Shown here piece after piece: positions 49,988 to 58,321 of a stretch of DNA of 64,000 bases; the stretch's first letter is position 1; each line of letters begins with the position of its first letter. The notes beneath the pieces were generated by a model, which saw nothing but the letters and a program-made list of their open reading frames with translations, was not told where the DNA came from and made no database searches. Position numbers and translations under genes: made by a program. Source of the DNA: an uncultured Gammaproteobacteria bacterium. Lineage in GTDB: Bacteria; Patescibacteriota; Microgenomatia; Levybacterales; UBA12049. Location: positions 67,676 to 131,675 of the forward strand of contig CAYQEE010000001.1 in NCBI GenBank assembly GCA_964416445.1, read 5' to 3'.

Positions 49988-50518
49988 ATGTATAAAATTG
50001 CAAATGTTTTGTATCGCTATACAATGCAACTCGTAGGATATTTACGAGCATGTTTTTGGCGACCATTCTTAAAAAAGATAGGCCTAAGAGTATTTATTAT
50101 GAATGGAGTAAAGATTATGAGTCCGCAGAACGTTGAGATAGGTCATGATGTATTAATAAATAGCAATACAAAAATTGGCGCACAGTGTGGTGTGAAAATA
50201 GGAAATTATGTTTTGATTGGATATAATGTAAATCTTGTTTCAGAAAATCATGCATATTCTAATCCAGAATTACCCATCATGAAACAAGGATTTTATGGTG
50301 GGGCTATTGAAATAAGTGATGATGTATGGATTGGTGCAAACGCCGTGGTATTACCTAACGTCAAAATTGGTAGAGGATCAATAATAGGCGCAAACGCAGT
50401 AGTAACTAAAGACGTTCCAATGTATGCTATCGTAGGAGGAGTTCCCGCAAAAGTAATTAAATATCGTTTTGGTGAAAAAGAAAAGCAAATAGCAAAGCAT
50501 ATTGATTTATCTATTTAA
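49988..50518 (+). CDS. Hexapeptide-repeat (LbH) acyltransferase
   Basis: [15 protein letters not shown] repeats and [13 protein letters not shown]...[11 protein letters not shown]. Confidence 0.88.
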   Translation: MYKIANVLYRYTMQLVGYLRACFWRPFLKKIGLRVFIMNGVKIMSPQNVEIGHDVLINSNTKIGAQCGVKIGNYVLIGYNVNLVSENHAYSNPELPIMKQGFYGGAIEISDDVWIGANAVVLPNVKIGRGSIIGANAVVTKDVPMYAIVGGVPAKVIKYRFGEKEKQIAKHIDLSI

Positions 50519-51604
50519 CAGGTAATCGACAATAATTTTAGATGGGCTCACCTCAGAATGAATTGGTTTCGACTGATAGTTTTTATAATGTAACAAAAAA
50601 TTTTTTATGATTTCCTTATTACTTTTGCAAAGAACTACATTTTTTTCTAATCCCTCAAATTGTTCAGTATAATCACGTAATATTAAACAAGGTTTACCCA
50701 TTAAATATGCCTCGAGTTGATTGGTGGCACCGTCAGTTGCAATAAATTCCGCATGTTCTAATAAGGTAAGGAAATCTGGGTACGGTAATAGCGGAGTAAT
50801 TTTTATTTTATTCTTCGGAATACTTGTGTTGACTTCTAAGGATTTGATTATTTCAACCGTTAAAGGATGATTAAACAACAAACAATCTAAATTTTGATTA
50901 GCATTATTAATGACAAATTCCAAGATATCTTTTGACCAATTCTTTTTAAAAAGAATATGTTCTTGTCTATGAAGTATTAAAATATAATATTTTTTTGAAG
51001 GGACCTTATAACTTGTAGAACGTTTGTTATTCATTACCCACCAAAAAACTTCAAGCAAAGTATTATATTGAGTATTAATTTTAATTTTCTTTATATGTTT
51101 CAGATTATTCTCAGCCCATGAATTGGGTGGAAACAGAATATCAGCCAATCGAATATTGATATTTCTGCAAATCTCTTCAGGGAATGGTTCCATTAAATTA
51201 GTAGATAGATCTCCAGATTCTATATGGATAAGAGTAAGTCCATAAATTTTAGCTATGATTGCGCCAATAGTAGTTGATACGGGATCTCCGAAAATAATAA
51301 AGTAAGTATTTTTTTTATCTTTACCTTTAAATTCCTTCCGTAACGAAATTAAACTTTTAAAGAAAATTCTTGTAGCCCAAATTAAAAAGTAAATAATTGA
51401 TGATTTATTAACCTTTTCTTTAAATGCGATATCTGGTTTGAAATTACCAATATAACCGGAAAGAGAATCGAAATTGATATGATTTTGTCCAGAGGTTATT
51501 AATTTGAACGGTATTTTTCTTTGTTGTAACTCTTTAAAAATAGGAGATAATTTAATAAATTCTGCAGTAGTACCTATGAAAAAATATATATGTTTTTTGA
51601 ACAT
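50507..51604 (-). CDS. Divergent UDP-GlcNAc 2-epimerase homologue
   Basis: [28 protein letters not shown] and TDG...[13 protein letters not shown] motifs. Confidence 0.7.
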   Translation of the reverse strand: MFKKHIYFFIGTTAEFIKLSPIFKELQQRKIPFKLITSGQNHINFDSLSGYIGNFKPDIAFKEKVNKSSIIYFLIWATRIFFKSLISLRKEFKGKDKKNTYFIIFGDPVSTTIGAIIAKIYGLTLIHIESGDLSTNLMEPFPEEICRNINIRLADILFPPNSWAENNLKHIKKIKINTQYNTLLEVFWWVMNNKRSTSYKVPSKKYYILILHRQEHILFKKNWSKDILEFVINNANQNLDCLLFNHPLTVEIIKSLEVNTSIPKNKIKITPLLPYPDFLTLLEHAEFIATDGATNQLEAYLMGKPCLILRDYTEQFEGLEKNVVLCKSNKEIIKNFLLHYKNYQSKPIHSEVSPSKIIVDYLLNR

Positions 51605-51610
51605 TATAAA

Positions 51611-51619
51611 ATTTTATCA
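51611..51619 (-). promoter_or_regulatory. Extended -10 (TGaTAAAAT) 6 nt upstream of ATG 51604
   Basis: Minus strand reads TGATAAAAT-tttata-ATG. Confidence 0.4.
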
Positions 51620-51692
51620 TAAATATAGTTAGTATATAAATGTCAGAAAAAATTAAATAGTATAATAGCTTTATAAGTGAAAGTTGTAACTA

Positions 51693-52958
51693 ATGAAAAT
51701 GAGTAAAAAATGTAAAAAATTAACTTTAATTCAAATAGTTAGTATAATCTCTTTATTTTCTCTATGTTTTTGGTTTACTTTGATTATTCATTCTTATGCA
51801 AAATCGAGTTGTATAAATACCATTGTGATTACTGGACAAAGTTTAGCTACTGGTGCATTTGGTATTCCAGCACTTACTACAAAACAACCATATGATAACA
51901 TTATGTTAAAAAATAACCAATTAGTTCCATTAGTTGAAAATAATCAGGAAACTATTTCTTCTTCAATGGCCAATACAATTACATCTCTAGAGTCCAATCA
52001 TAACGATCAATTAGAAGTAATATTACATGGTTGGGATGGAGCATATTATAAATTAATTAAAAAAGGGACAAGCACATTTAATCAAAATGTACAAGATATT
52101 CTGGTTTCAAAACAACTTGGCGATGAGATGCACAAACATTTTCAGGTTACTGCGATAAGTATATTACATGGTGAAAGTGATGACTGGTTTGGGTGGGGTA
52201 ATGTATATGAATCGAATCTTAAACAATGGCAAAATGATTATGAAACACTAATTAAAAAAATTACTCATCAAACCACATCTATTCCCATTTTAATTTACCA
52301 ACTAAGCTCTTATTCTGAGTGGAGCTCAATACCAGTAGTGAGTCTTGCCCAACTATCGGCAGCTGAACATAATCCAAATAATATTATATTGGTTTCTCCA
52401 ATGTATTTTTTTACCTACAGAAATGGTCCTCATCTGACAAATAAGAGTTATCGTTGGTTAGGTGAATATTATGGTAAAGTTTATAAACAAGTCGTAATTG
52501 ATCATAAACATTGGATGCCCCTTTATCCAGAATCAATTAATAGATTAGGGAATATTATTCATGTTCATTTTCACGTTCCATCTGGCCAACTTGTTTTCGA
52601 TACAAAAAATGTGCTTAAAGCGAATAATTATGGTTTTGAATTTTATCAAATAGGCGGAAATAATGTAAATATTACCGTAATAAAAATAATAAATTCATCA
52701 ACAGTAGAAATTGTATTAAATTCTGTCCCTACAGGAGTAAATCAACAACTAAGATATGCATATACAGCTAAAAAAGGTGCGCATCCAGGGGCTTTCATTC
52801 CTGGATCATCAAAAGGTAATTTAAGAGATAGTGATAATACTCCTTCTTTGGATAAACAACCATTATATAATTGGTGTGTTACTTTTGATAAACAAATTCA
52901 TAATAGTGATTCCCTTATTTCAAAAATATTATATATGCTCCATTTGCAAATTTTCTAG
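51693..52958 (+). CDS. Secreted/anchored SGNH-type carbohydrate esterase (sialate O-acetylesterase SASA-like)
   Basis: N-terminal hydrophobic segment; TGQSL nucleophile block, HGESD and GPHL His block; C-terminal beta domain with LRYA...GNLRDSD. Confidence 0.65.
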   Translation: MKMSKKCKKLTLIQIVSIISLFSLCFWFTLIIHSYAKSSCINTIVITGQSLATGAFGIPALTTKQPYDNIMLKNNQLVPLVENNQETISSSMANTITSLESNHNDQLEVILHGWDGAYYKLIKKGTSTFNQNVQDILVSKQLGDEMHKHFQVTAISILHGESDDWFGWGNVYESNLKQWQNDYETLIKKITHQTTSIPILIYQLSSYSEWSSIPVVSLAQLSAAEHNPNNIILVSPMYFFTYRNGPHLTNKSYRWLGEYYGKVYKQVVIDHKHWMPLYPESINRLGNIIHVHFHVPSGQLVFDTKNVLKANNYGFEFYQIGGNNVNITVIKIINSSTVEIVLNSVPTGVNQQLRYAYTAKKGAHPGAFIPGSSKGNLRDSDNTPSLDKQPLYNWCVTFDKQIHNSDSLISKILYMLHLQIF

Positions 52959-53066
52959 ATTTGTTTTATTAAAATGTGATCATGAGCAGGAAATTCTTAT
53001 ATTGTCCACTACACATATTTGAGTCTAATTTCTTATTTCTTTCAAACTATAGGAAAGTATACAATT

Positions 53067-53094
53067 TTGAAATACTAAGTAAAAATGGTAGAAT
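53067..53094 (+). promoter_or_regulatory. Sigma70-type promoter TTGAAA-16 nt-TAGAAT with TG extension, 7 nt upstream of ATG 53102
   Basis: ttgaaa (53067-72), tgg-tagaat (53086-94), then actgctt-ATG. Confidence 0.5.
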
Positions 53095-53101
53095 ACTGCT
53101 T

Positions 53102-54049
53102 ATGATAAGTGCTGTTATTCCTCTTCATAATGAGGAGGAAAATTTGGATATTTTATATCAACGCCTTGTCCCTGCGCTAAAGAAAATAGATAAATCGTAT
53201 GAAATAATTTTTATTGATGATGGATCAATAGATTCTTCTTTAGAGATTCTTAAAAAATTGGCGTTGAAAGATCAATTGGTTCGAATTTACTCTTTCAGAA
53301 AAAATCTGGGGAAATCCGAAGCCTTAACTTTGGGTTTCCAGCAAGCAAAAGGAGACTATATTGTCACTCTTGATGCGGATTTACAGGACAGACCTGAGGA
53401 AATAGAGAAACTTAGTGTAAAAATGGAAGAAGGGTATGATTTAGTTACAGGGTGGAGGAAAAATCGACAAGACGCTCGATTCATGGTACGTGCTTCAAAG
53501 TTATTCAATGGGATGACAAAATGGCTCTGGAAAATAGATATTCATGATTATAACTGCGGTTTGAAATTATATAAAAAAGAACTTGCGAAGTCATTGCATT
53601 TATATGGTGGATTACATCGGTTTATTCCATTGTTGGCATATCAACAAGGGTTTTCAGTATCAGAAGTCCTTATACATCATGATAAAAGACTTCATGGAAA
53701 ATCAAAGTACGGTCCCTCAAAAGTTCTCAAAGATTTACCAGATTTGTTTACTATGATGTTTCTGAGCCTTTTCAGTCAGCGTCCTCTTCACTTCTTCTTT
53801 TTTATTGGAAATTTTTTATCTCTTATCGGAATAATATTTTTAGGATACTTAACGTATCTTCATTATTTTTTACACGAAACCGTTGGTACTCGTCCATTGT
53901 GGTCTGTTGGTATATTGTTTACGTTAGTTGGATTACAAATTACTTTTACAGGACTTTTAGCAGATCTTATTATTCATACGATGAAAGGAACTTTATCTCA
54001 TTCTGATGGAGTACAACAATTCATAAAATTTTCGACAGATAAGAAATGA
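53102..54049 (+). CDS. GT2 undecaprenyl-phosphate glycosyltransferase (ArnC/GtrB-like)
   Basis: MISAVIPLHNEE (start refined), IDDGS, NLGKSEAL, DADLQD, HDYNCG and LHRFIP motifs; two C-terminal TM segments. Confidence 0.88.
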   Translation: MISAVIPLHNEEENLDILYQRLVPALKKIDKSYEIIFIDDGSIDSSLEILKKLALKDQLVRIYSFRKNLGKSEALTLGFQQAKGDYIVTLDADLQDRPEEIEKLSVKMEEGYDLVTGWRKNRQDARFMVRASKLFNGMTKWLWKIDIHDYNCGLKLYKKELAKSLHLYGGLHRFIPLLAYQQGFSVSEVLIHHDKRLHGKSKYGPSKVLKDLPDLFTMMFLSLFSQRPLHFFFFIGNFLSLIGIIFLGYLTYLHYFLHETVGTRPLWSVGILFTLVGLQITFTGLLADLIIHTMKGTLSHSDGVQQFIKFSTDKK

Positions 54050-54279
54050 AACCGCAAGATATTATTTTTTTTCTCTTATTTTTACTGTTTGTCTATAAAA
54101 GGAATTCACGATGGACAACAATTGCAGGAATAGTGTGCTTGCTTATTGCAATGCCTCTTTTTGCAAAATGGATATTTTTTACTGCTGAGCGACTAACTTG
54201 GTACGCAGGAGCATTATTTTGCTTGTCACTGTTCCAACAGCTTTATGAAATCAAAAAAGAGATTAAAAAAACTTCATGA
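54046..54279 (+). CDS. Small membrane protein (distant member of the W..QQ family, copy 3)
   Basis: 77 aa; ATGA overlaps at both ends; ends AERLTWYAGALFCLSLFQQLYE. Confidence 0.6.
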   Translation: MKPQDIIFFLLFLLFVYKRNSRWTTIAGIVCLLIAMPLFAKWIFFTAERLTWYAGALFCLSLFQQLYEIKKEIKKTS

Positions 54280-55151
54280 CCCAAAAACAAAAAGCTTTAT
54301 TGGTTGTAGCAATTACTGCAATTGTTGGAGGAGGGACCACAGCAGTTACTAAAAAAGGACTAGCAGAAATTCCGCCGTTAAATTATGCATTTCTGCGATT
54401 CTTTTTATCGGCGATCATGATCTTCCCTTTTTTCTTAATATATGAAAAGCATATCTTCCGTGACTTAGGAAAAATATTGGGAATTTCACTCTTTGGTGCA
54501 TTAAATATTTTCTTTTTTATTCTTGGCATATCCAAAACAACTGCTACTATCAGCCAGTTGATTTATGGGGCAATCCCAGTTTTTACAGGTATTATTATGT
54601 ATATTTTTTTAAAAGAAAAACTCACAAGAATGAGAACGGTTGGTATTGTCTTAGGATTTATTGGAGTGATAATTGTACTTTTTTTACCAATTTATTTAAA
54701 AAATGTGCCGTTTGCTGGTAACGTGATAGGTAATATATCTATCCTTACTGCTGTTATTTCTTGGACGCTTTGGCTCATATTATCTAAAAATCTTTTGGTG
54801 ATAAAATCTCCTTTTCTTATAACAAGTTACATGGTCTTTGTCACTGCTATAGTATTGTTTCCTTTTTCGTTCCTAGAAGTACATGGTAATTATACATGGC
54901 TTTTTCGTATTGATCGAATAGAGATTCTATCACTTATGTATGTTTCAGTTATTTCCACTATTGCAACCTTTATCGGGACTCAATATGCTATAAAATATGG
55001 TGGAACAATGCTTGCCTCTACGTTATATTACTTACTTCCGATATCAGCATTTGTTTACGCATTTTTTTTACTTGGAGAAAAACTTAATTATGGAATAGGA
55101 GTAGGAAGTATACTTGTGTTAATAGGTACTTTCTTAGTAACCTTACAGTAA
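54276..55151 (+). CDS. EamA/DMT family transporter
   Basis: 10 TM segments in two EamA repeats; PPLNYAFLRF, FLKEKL and LLGEKL motifs. Confidence 0.88.
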   Translation: MTQKQKALLVVAITAIVGGGTTAVTKKGLAEIPPLNYAFLRFFLSAIMIFPFFLIYEKHIFRDLGKILGISLFGALNIFFFILGISKTTATISQLIYGAIPVFTGIIMYIFLKEKLTRMRTVGIVLGFIGVIIVLFLPIYLKNVPFAGNVIGNISILTAVISWTLWLILSKNLLVIKSPFLITSYMVFVTAIVLFPFSFLEVHGNYTWLFRIDRIEILSLMYVSVISTIATFIGTQYAIKYGGTMLASTLYYLLPISAFVYAFFLLGEKLNYGIGVGSILVLIGTFLVTLQ

Positions 55152-55152
55152 T

Positions 55153-55686
55153 ATGAAAATTGGAATTGATATATCTCAGATTAGTTATAAAGGAACAGGA
55201 GTGAGTAATTATCTCCAGCTATTAATTCAAAATCTTTTAACTCAAGATAAAGAAAATGAATATATATTTTTTTATTCGTCTTTACGAAAGAAATTTAGTA
55301 TGTCTGAAGTTTTTGATCAGAAATTTTCGAATGTTCAAGTAAAACAGTTTCGATTTCCACCAGGATTATTAGATTTTCTATGGAATAGGATACATATTTT
55401 CCCGATAGAATGGTTCATAGGAGATATTGATATTTTTATTTCTTCTGATTGGACACAACCTCCAACAAAGAAAGCAAAAAAAATGACAATTCTCTATGAC
55501 CTTATTGTTTACAAATATCCTGCGGAAACGGCAGATCTTATCGTTCGCGTGCAAAAACGACGATTGCGTTGGGTTGCTAAAGAAGCTGATAAAATCATTT
55601 GTATCTCCGAAGCAACAAAAGCCGATGCAATAAATATACTACATATCGATAAAAATCGATTGCAGGTAATTTACCCAGGAATTTGA
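55153..55686 (+). CDS. Stand-alone GT4 N-terminal (acceptor-binding) domain
   Basis: IGIDIS..GTGVSNY, TILYDL and CISEATKAD motifs; ends QVIYPGI-stop at the interdomain linker. Confidence 0.7.
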   Translation: MKIGIDISQISYKGTGVSNYLQLLIQNLLTQDKENEYIFFYSSLRKKFSMSEVFDQKFSNVQVKQFRFPPGLLDFLWNRIHIFPIEWFIGDIDIFISSDWTQPPTKKAKKMTILYDLIVYKYPAETADLIVRVQKRRLRWVAKEADKIICISEATKADAINILHIDKNRLQVIYPGI

Positions 55687-55707
55687 ATGAGTGTATAAAT
55701 TATAGAT

Positions 55708-56844
55708 ATGAAAAAAGTTTCAACAATTATTGGCATCGATGGTAATGAAGCAAATGTTGCGTTACGGGTCGGTATTAGCGAATACGCATTTGAACTTTTG
55801 CAACAATTTTCGATATTGCATTCACCATATACCTTTCAGATATATCTAAAGGAAAAACCTCGTGGTGAATTACCAAAAGAGGACGCACATTGGCATTATA
55901 AAATTGTAAAGCCAAGAAAGTTTTGGACTCAGATTGGATTGCCAATGAGTCTGTATGCTGATGCAAGTCGTCCAGGTATTATTTTTAGCCCTTCACACTA
56001 TGCGCCTCGATTTTCACCTATTCCTACGGCCATTTCAATAATGGACCTTTCCTATATTCATTTTCCGCAATTATTTGCAAAAAAAGATTTGTATCAACTT
56101 ACAAAATGGACTGCGTATTCGGTAGCAAACGCGAAGAAAATATTTACTATTAGTGAAGCAAGTAAAAATGATATAATTAACCATTATAAGGTAGAAGCTG
56201 AAAGAATTGTTGTAACCTATCCGGGTATAAAAGCAAAATCGAATCCTATGGATAAAACGCCTACTTTGGAAGAACTCAAACAACGATATGGCATTGAGGG
56301 AAAATTTATCCTTTTTGTGGGGACGATTCAACCAAGAAAAAATATCGCACGGTTAATAGAAGCGTTTTCCCAAGTACTTAAGAAACATGAGAAAATCTCA
56401 TTAGTTATTGTAGGGAAGAAAGGATGGCTCTATGAGCCTATTTTACAGAAACCGCATGATTTAGGTATTTCGTCGAAAGTAAAATTTCTTGATTTTATTT
56501 CAAATAATGATTTACACGCATTATATCAATACGCATTATGCTATATATTACCAAGTCTCTATGAGGGATTTGGATTGCCAGTACTTGAGGCAATGCAATA
56601 TGGGTGTCCAGTGATTACCAGTAATATAAGCAGTTTACCCGAAGCAGGAGGAGATGCCGCACTGTATGTTAATCCTGAAGATGTGTCGGATATAGCAAAT
56701 AAAATTTTTATGATGGTTGAAAATCAAAAAGTCCGTGAGGAGTACAGAAAAAAAGGATACGAACATATAAAAAAATTCTCTTGGAAAAAAACAGCGCAAC
56801 AAACGCTTGCGGTTTTAGAACAAATGATGAACGAAACTTTATGA
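55708..56844 (+). CDS. GT4 glycosyltransferase (mannosyltransferase-like)
   Basis: VGTIQPRKN and [30 protein letters not shown] motifs. Confidence 0.92.
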   Translation: MKKVSTIIGIDGNEANVALRVGISEYAFELLQQFSILHSPYTFQIYLKEKPRGELPKEDAHWHYKIVKPRKFWTQIGLPMSLYADASRPGIIFSPSHYAPRFSPIPTAISIMDLSYIHFPQLFAKKDLYQLTKWTAYSVANAKKIFTISEASKNDIINHYKVEAERIVVTYPGIKAKSNPMDKTPTLEELKQRYGIEGKFILFVGTIQPRKNIARLIEAFSQVLKKHEKISLVIVGKKGWLYEPILQKPHDLGISSKVKFLDFISNNDLHALYQYALCYILPSLYEGFGLPVLEAMQYGCPVITSNISSLPEAGGDAALYVNPEDVSDIANKIFMMVENQKVREEYRKKGYEHIKKFSWKKTAQQTLAVLEQMMNETL

Positions 56845-57434
56845 AAAACAGACTTGGCAAAGAGTTAACAATGGAAGAAGCAATGGATAAAGTAGCAAAC
56901 CGGATACAGAATATTATACTTGAACTTGGTATTTTTTGTATTCACCTCATTGGCAATATTCCTTTTCATCATGTACGACGTTTCTTTTATCGATTAGCTG
57001 GAGTCAAAATAGGAAAAGGTTCGACACTCCATATGGGTATTACATTCTATCAGCCAGAAAATATCCAGATTGGAGAAGATTCAATAATTGGAGAAAATAC
57101 TGTTTTAGATGGCAGAGATAAATTGCATATAGGCGACCATGTTGATATCGCTTCGGAAGTGATGATCTATAATTCACAACATGATGTGAACGATGAGTTC
57201 TTTTCAGCTATTGTTAAACCTGTTATTATACGGGATTATACGTTTATAGGACCTCGTGCAATTATTTTGCCAGGAGTAACGATAGGAAAAGGTGCCATTG
57301 TAGGCGCTGGAGCTGTAGTCACAAAAGATGTTTCTGATTTTGCAATTGTTGGTGGAGTTCCGGCTCAGGTTATCGGAGAAAGAAAATTAAAAGATCCTCG
57401 TTATCGACTAGGTAGAGCTCGTTGGTTCCGTTAA
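56841..57434 (+). CDS. Hexapeptide-repeat (LbH) O-acetyltransferase
   Basis: Start refined to MKNRLG (ATGA overlap); [12 protein letters not shown] and [17 protein letters not shown] motifs. Confidence 0.88.
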   Translation: MKNRLGKELTMEEAMDKVANRIQNIILELGIFCIHLIGNIPFHHVRRFFYRLAGVKIGKGSTLHMGITFYQPENIQIGEDSIIGENTVLDGRDKLHIGDHVDIASEVMIYNSQHDVNDEFFSAIVKPVIIRDYTFIGPRAIILPGVTIGKGAIVGAGAVVTKDVSDFAIVGGVPAQVIGERKLKDPRYRLGRARWFR

Positions 57435-57436
57435 AT

Positions 57437-58321
57437 ATGAAATTATCAGTTATTAGTCTTAGTTACAACAAAAAAGAAATGACTGTTTCTTATATCGTTT
57501 CATTATATAATGTATACCGAGATTATTTTGAAAAAAATGAAATAGAATTAATCATTGTTGATAACGCTTCTGCAGATGGAGCAGCAAATTTTATTACACA
57601 AGAAGTAGCCGGGCAACATTATCGAAATATTCATATTATTAAAAATGTAACCAATGATGGTTTTGCAAAAGCTTGCAACAAAGGAGCATCACATGCAAAA
57701 GGAGAATTTTTATTATTTCTTAATAATGATTCGTTAATAAAAAGTGAAGGATTTTTAAAAATGGTATCATTCATGCAAGAACATCCTCATGTAGCGGTAA
57801 TGGGAGGAAGAATGAAAAATACAGATGGGTCGCCGCAATTATCAGCATGGAAATTTTATACGTTACCGAATGCACTGATCATGTTATTGGGTATGGAACG
57901 GTTTGGATTATTGCAATCGAGTCCTAACACAATACAAAAAGTTGATTGGGTTACTGGTGGATGTATGATGGTGCAAAGAAAAATATTTAGTACATTAGGA
58001 GGCTTTGATGAACATTTCTTTATGTATATGGAGGATATGGAATTATGTTACCGAGTAACAAAAGCAAAATATGCTATTTATTATTATCCGTTTCTCAATA
58101 TTAATCATATCGGACAAGGGAGTAGTAACCGCTCATTTGCTATCATTAATATTTATAAAGGAATACTTTATTTTTACAAAAAACATATGCCAGCCTGGCA
58201 ATATGGAATAATTAAGGCTATTTTATACTTAAAAGCGAAATTATTAATAATTTTTGGTAAGATAAGTCATCGGACATATTTTTCAAGCACCTATGAACAA
58301 GCTCTTGCAGTTTTTCAATAG
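57437..58321 (+). CDS. GT2 glycosyltransferase (WbbL/rhamnosyltransferase-like)
   Basis: VDNASAD, GFAKACN, FLNND, DWVTGGCM and GGFDEHFFMYMEDMELC motifs. Confidence 0.88.
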   Translation: MKLSVISLSYNKKEMTVSYIVSLYNVYRDYFEKNEIELIIVDNASADGAANFITQEVAGQHYRNIHIIKNVTNDGFAKACNKGASHAKGEFLLFLNNDSLIKSEGFLKMVSFMQEHPHVAVMGGRMKNTDGSPQLSAWKFYTLPNALIMLLGMERFGLLQSSPNTIQKVDWVTGGCMMVQRKIFSTLGGFDEHFFMYMEDMELCYRVTKAKYAIYYYPFLNINHIGQGSSNRSFAIINIYKGILYFYKKHMPAWQYGIIKAILYLKAKLLIIFGKISHRTYFSSTYEQALAVFQ

